Shown here: positions 45,576 through 46,609 of the stretch, in pieces
Position numbering within the stretch: position 1 is the stretch's first letter
Layout: each line of letters opens with the position of its first letter
Assembly (NCBI GenBank): GCA_964370085.1
Contig: CAYJHI010000002.1
Span: 1 to 46,609, forward strand
Direction: 5' to 3'
From: an uncultured Muribaculaceae bacterium
Lineage (GTDB): Bacteria > Bacillota_I > Bacilli_A > RF39 > UBA660
DNA length: 46,609 bases
Notes under the pieces: model-generated
The model's database searches: none
Seen by the model: the letters and a program-made list of their open reading frames with translations, nothing else
What the model was told of the DNA's origin: nothing
Position numbers and translations under genes: made by a program

Positions 45576-46178
45576 TTATCTACTATAGAACTCAACGATC
45601 ATTGATTCATTAATATCGATATTTAATTCATTTCTTTCTGGTAATCTTACGAAAGTACCTTCAAGTTTGTTTTCATCGAATGTAACAAATTCTACACGTT
45701 TAGTTACTTTTTCTAGACTGTTTTTAACTGCTTTATGATCTTTAGATTTTTCTCTAAGACTAATAACAGTACCAACTTTAACTCTGTATGATGGAATATC
45801 AACTTTGTTTCCATTTACAGTTACGTGTCCATGGTTAACTAATTGTCTAGCAGCTCTTCTAGTGTCTGCTAAACCTAAACGATAAACAACGTTATCAAGA
45901 CGAGATTCTAATAATTTTAAGAAGTTCTCACCGTGAAGACCAGGCATCTTTGCTGCTTCATCAAAAGTCTTTCTAAATTGTCTTTCGTTTAATCCATACA
46001 TGAAACGAACTTTTTGTTTTTCTTTTAATTGAGTTCCGTAGTTAGAAAGTTTTGCCTTTCTAGCATTTCCATGTTGTCCAGGACCATATGGTTTTTTTAC
46101 TAGTTCTTTACCAGTTTCTGAAATTGAGAAACCAACACGTCTAGCTTGTTTGTAACTTGGGCCAGTATATCTTGCCAT
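45576..46178 (-). CDS. rpsD: 30S ribosomal protein S4
   Basis: [18 protein letters not shown].. and 200 aa that are full-length S4-like. The RBS is TAGGAGGAATG. Confidence 0.97.
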   Translation of the reverse strand: MARYTGPSYKQARRVGFSISETGKELVKKPYGPGQHGNARKAKLSNYGTQLKEKQKVRFMYGLNERQFRKTFDEAAKMPGLHGENFLKLLESRLDNVVYRLGLADTRRAARQLVNHGHVTVNGNKVDIPSYRVKVGTVISLREKSKDHKAVKNSLEKVTKRVEFVTFDENKLEGTFVRLPERNELNIDINESMIVEFYSR

Positions 46179-46371
46179 TTTACATTCCTCCTATATATTT
46201 TTTTACATATAGACTACATTATTTATACCGTTAAATAGGGAGTCCTTATTGTACTTTCGCTTTTACAGCTTGTAGTTACTTATTACTTTCAAAGGACACA
46301 TTAATTAACTTATAAATTGCTGTTAAGTAAATATGCAGTTATAATTATATCACACTTTCTTTATTTTTCAA
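46179..46371 (-). promoter_or_regulatory. rpsD promoter (TTGAAA-16-TATAAT, TGA extended -10) and ~155-nt 5' leader (candidate S4 autoregulatory leader)
   Basis: On the - strand the -35 TTGAAA lies at 46371-46366 and TGATATAAT gives a -10 at 46349-46344. The long untranslated leader has potential pairings (GTCCTT..AAGGAC; CTATAT..ATATAG next to the RBS). B. subtilis rpsD is known to be autoregulated via its leader. Confidence 0.45.
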
Positions 46372-46476
46372 CTCTTAATTGACTATTTCTTTTAAATATA
46401 AGGGTTTTTAGGTGAATATTCTACTTTATTTTTATATTTTGGTATGTTATTATTAGTTATATAGGATAGGTGACTT

Positions 46477-46609
46477 ATGGAAAATAGTAATAAGAAGAAA
46501 TTATATATGATACTAGCAATACTAGGAGGAGTACTTCTATTAGGAGGAGCTTCATATGCAGTATTAACTTTAGTATTAAGTGGAGATGTTGCTAATAAGT
46601 TAGTATTAG
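46477..46609 (+). CDS. Hypothetical signal-anchored protein, 3' end beyond window
   Basis: ATG 46477 follows TAGGTGA. The translation MENSNKKKLYMILAILGGVLLLGGASYAVLTLVLSG.. is open to the window end. Only 44 codons are visible. Confidence 0.45.
   Translation, partial: MENSNKKKLYMILAILGGVLLLGGASYAVLTLVLSGDVANKLVL

Noticed and set aside
1-46609. Alternative genetic code (UGA=Trp), CRISPR arrays, tRNA/rRNA genes, IS elements and integrases.
   Set aside because: All long genes are intact under code 11, with TGG for conserved Trp. I saw no repeat-spacer periodicity, no cloverleaf-like or rRNA-like GC-rich stretches, and no transposase- or recombinase-like ORF.

Overview
AT-rich (roughly 30% GC by eye, not computed) Bacillota-type chromosomal window using the standard code 11: TGG encodes Trp and there is no sign of in-frame TGA read-through. 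It is almost entirely core housekeeping DNA. The order on the + strand is as follows. (1) fusA (5' partial) and tuf. (2) A FemAB-family peptidoglycan bridge transferase plus an orphan ORF. (3) Desulfoferrodoxin (-), divergent from pnuC and an RluA-family pseudouridine synthase. (4) A TM2/zinc-ribbon gene (-) with a DUF2752-like gene that the ORF track missed. (5) A trimeric NuoE/NuoF/HydA-type [FeFe]-hydrogenase operon (hydCBA). (6) An unlisted 59-aa ORF (-), an orphan membrane protein and an HD-domain protein. (7) uvrB, a translationally coupled radical SAM/SPASM gene, a membrane-anchored protein and uvrA. (8) A yvlD-like gene, lgt, trxB, yvcK and whiA. (9) On the - strand, patatin -> TIGR01212 radical SAM -> zinc-ribbon membrane protein. 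(10) A VanY-like peptidase and a GH31 protein. (11) A T-box(Leu) leader, a small membrane protein and leuS. (12) Orphan genes, an unlisted Cse60-like ORF and a MurJ/SpoVB-type flippase. (13) trmB, a lipoprotein, an acidic protein, DUF948 and YtxH. (14) A T-box(Tyr) leader and tyrS. (15) A BRO-N/DinD-like single-gene cassette flanked by 38/39-nt direct repeats. (16) A beta-propeller-like protein, rpsD (-) with a long leader, and a 3'-partial ORF. The order mirrors the B. subtilis uvrBA-yvlD-lgt-trxB-yvcK-whiA region and the yt region (ytqA, leuS, ytgP, trmB, ytxGH, tyrS, rpsD). I found no rRNA, tRNA, CRISPR array, transposase or integrase. I do not see a convincing novel multi-gene system. The best leads are: (a) a Cys->Ser change at an H-cluster motif of HydA; (b) the repeat-flanked BRO/DinD cassette at the tyrS terminator; (c) a DUF2752-like gene with no canonical start codon; (d) a membrane protein placed between a Leu T-box and leuS; (e) a radical SAM/SPASM gene coupled to uvrB; and (f) a GH31 protein with Lys at the expected acid/base position. 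All family assignments come from motif recognition by eye, with no database search.
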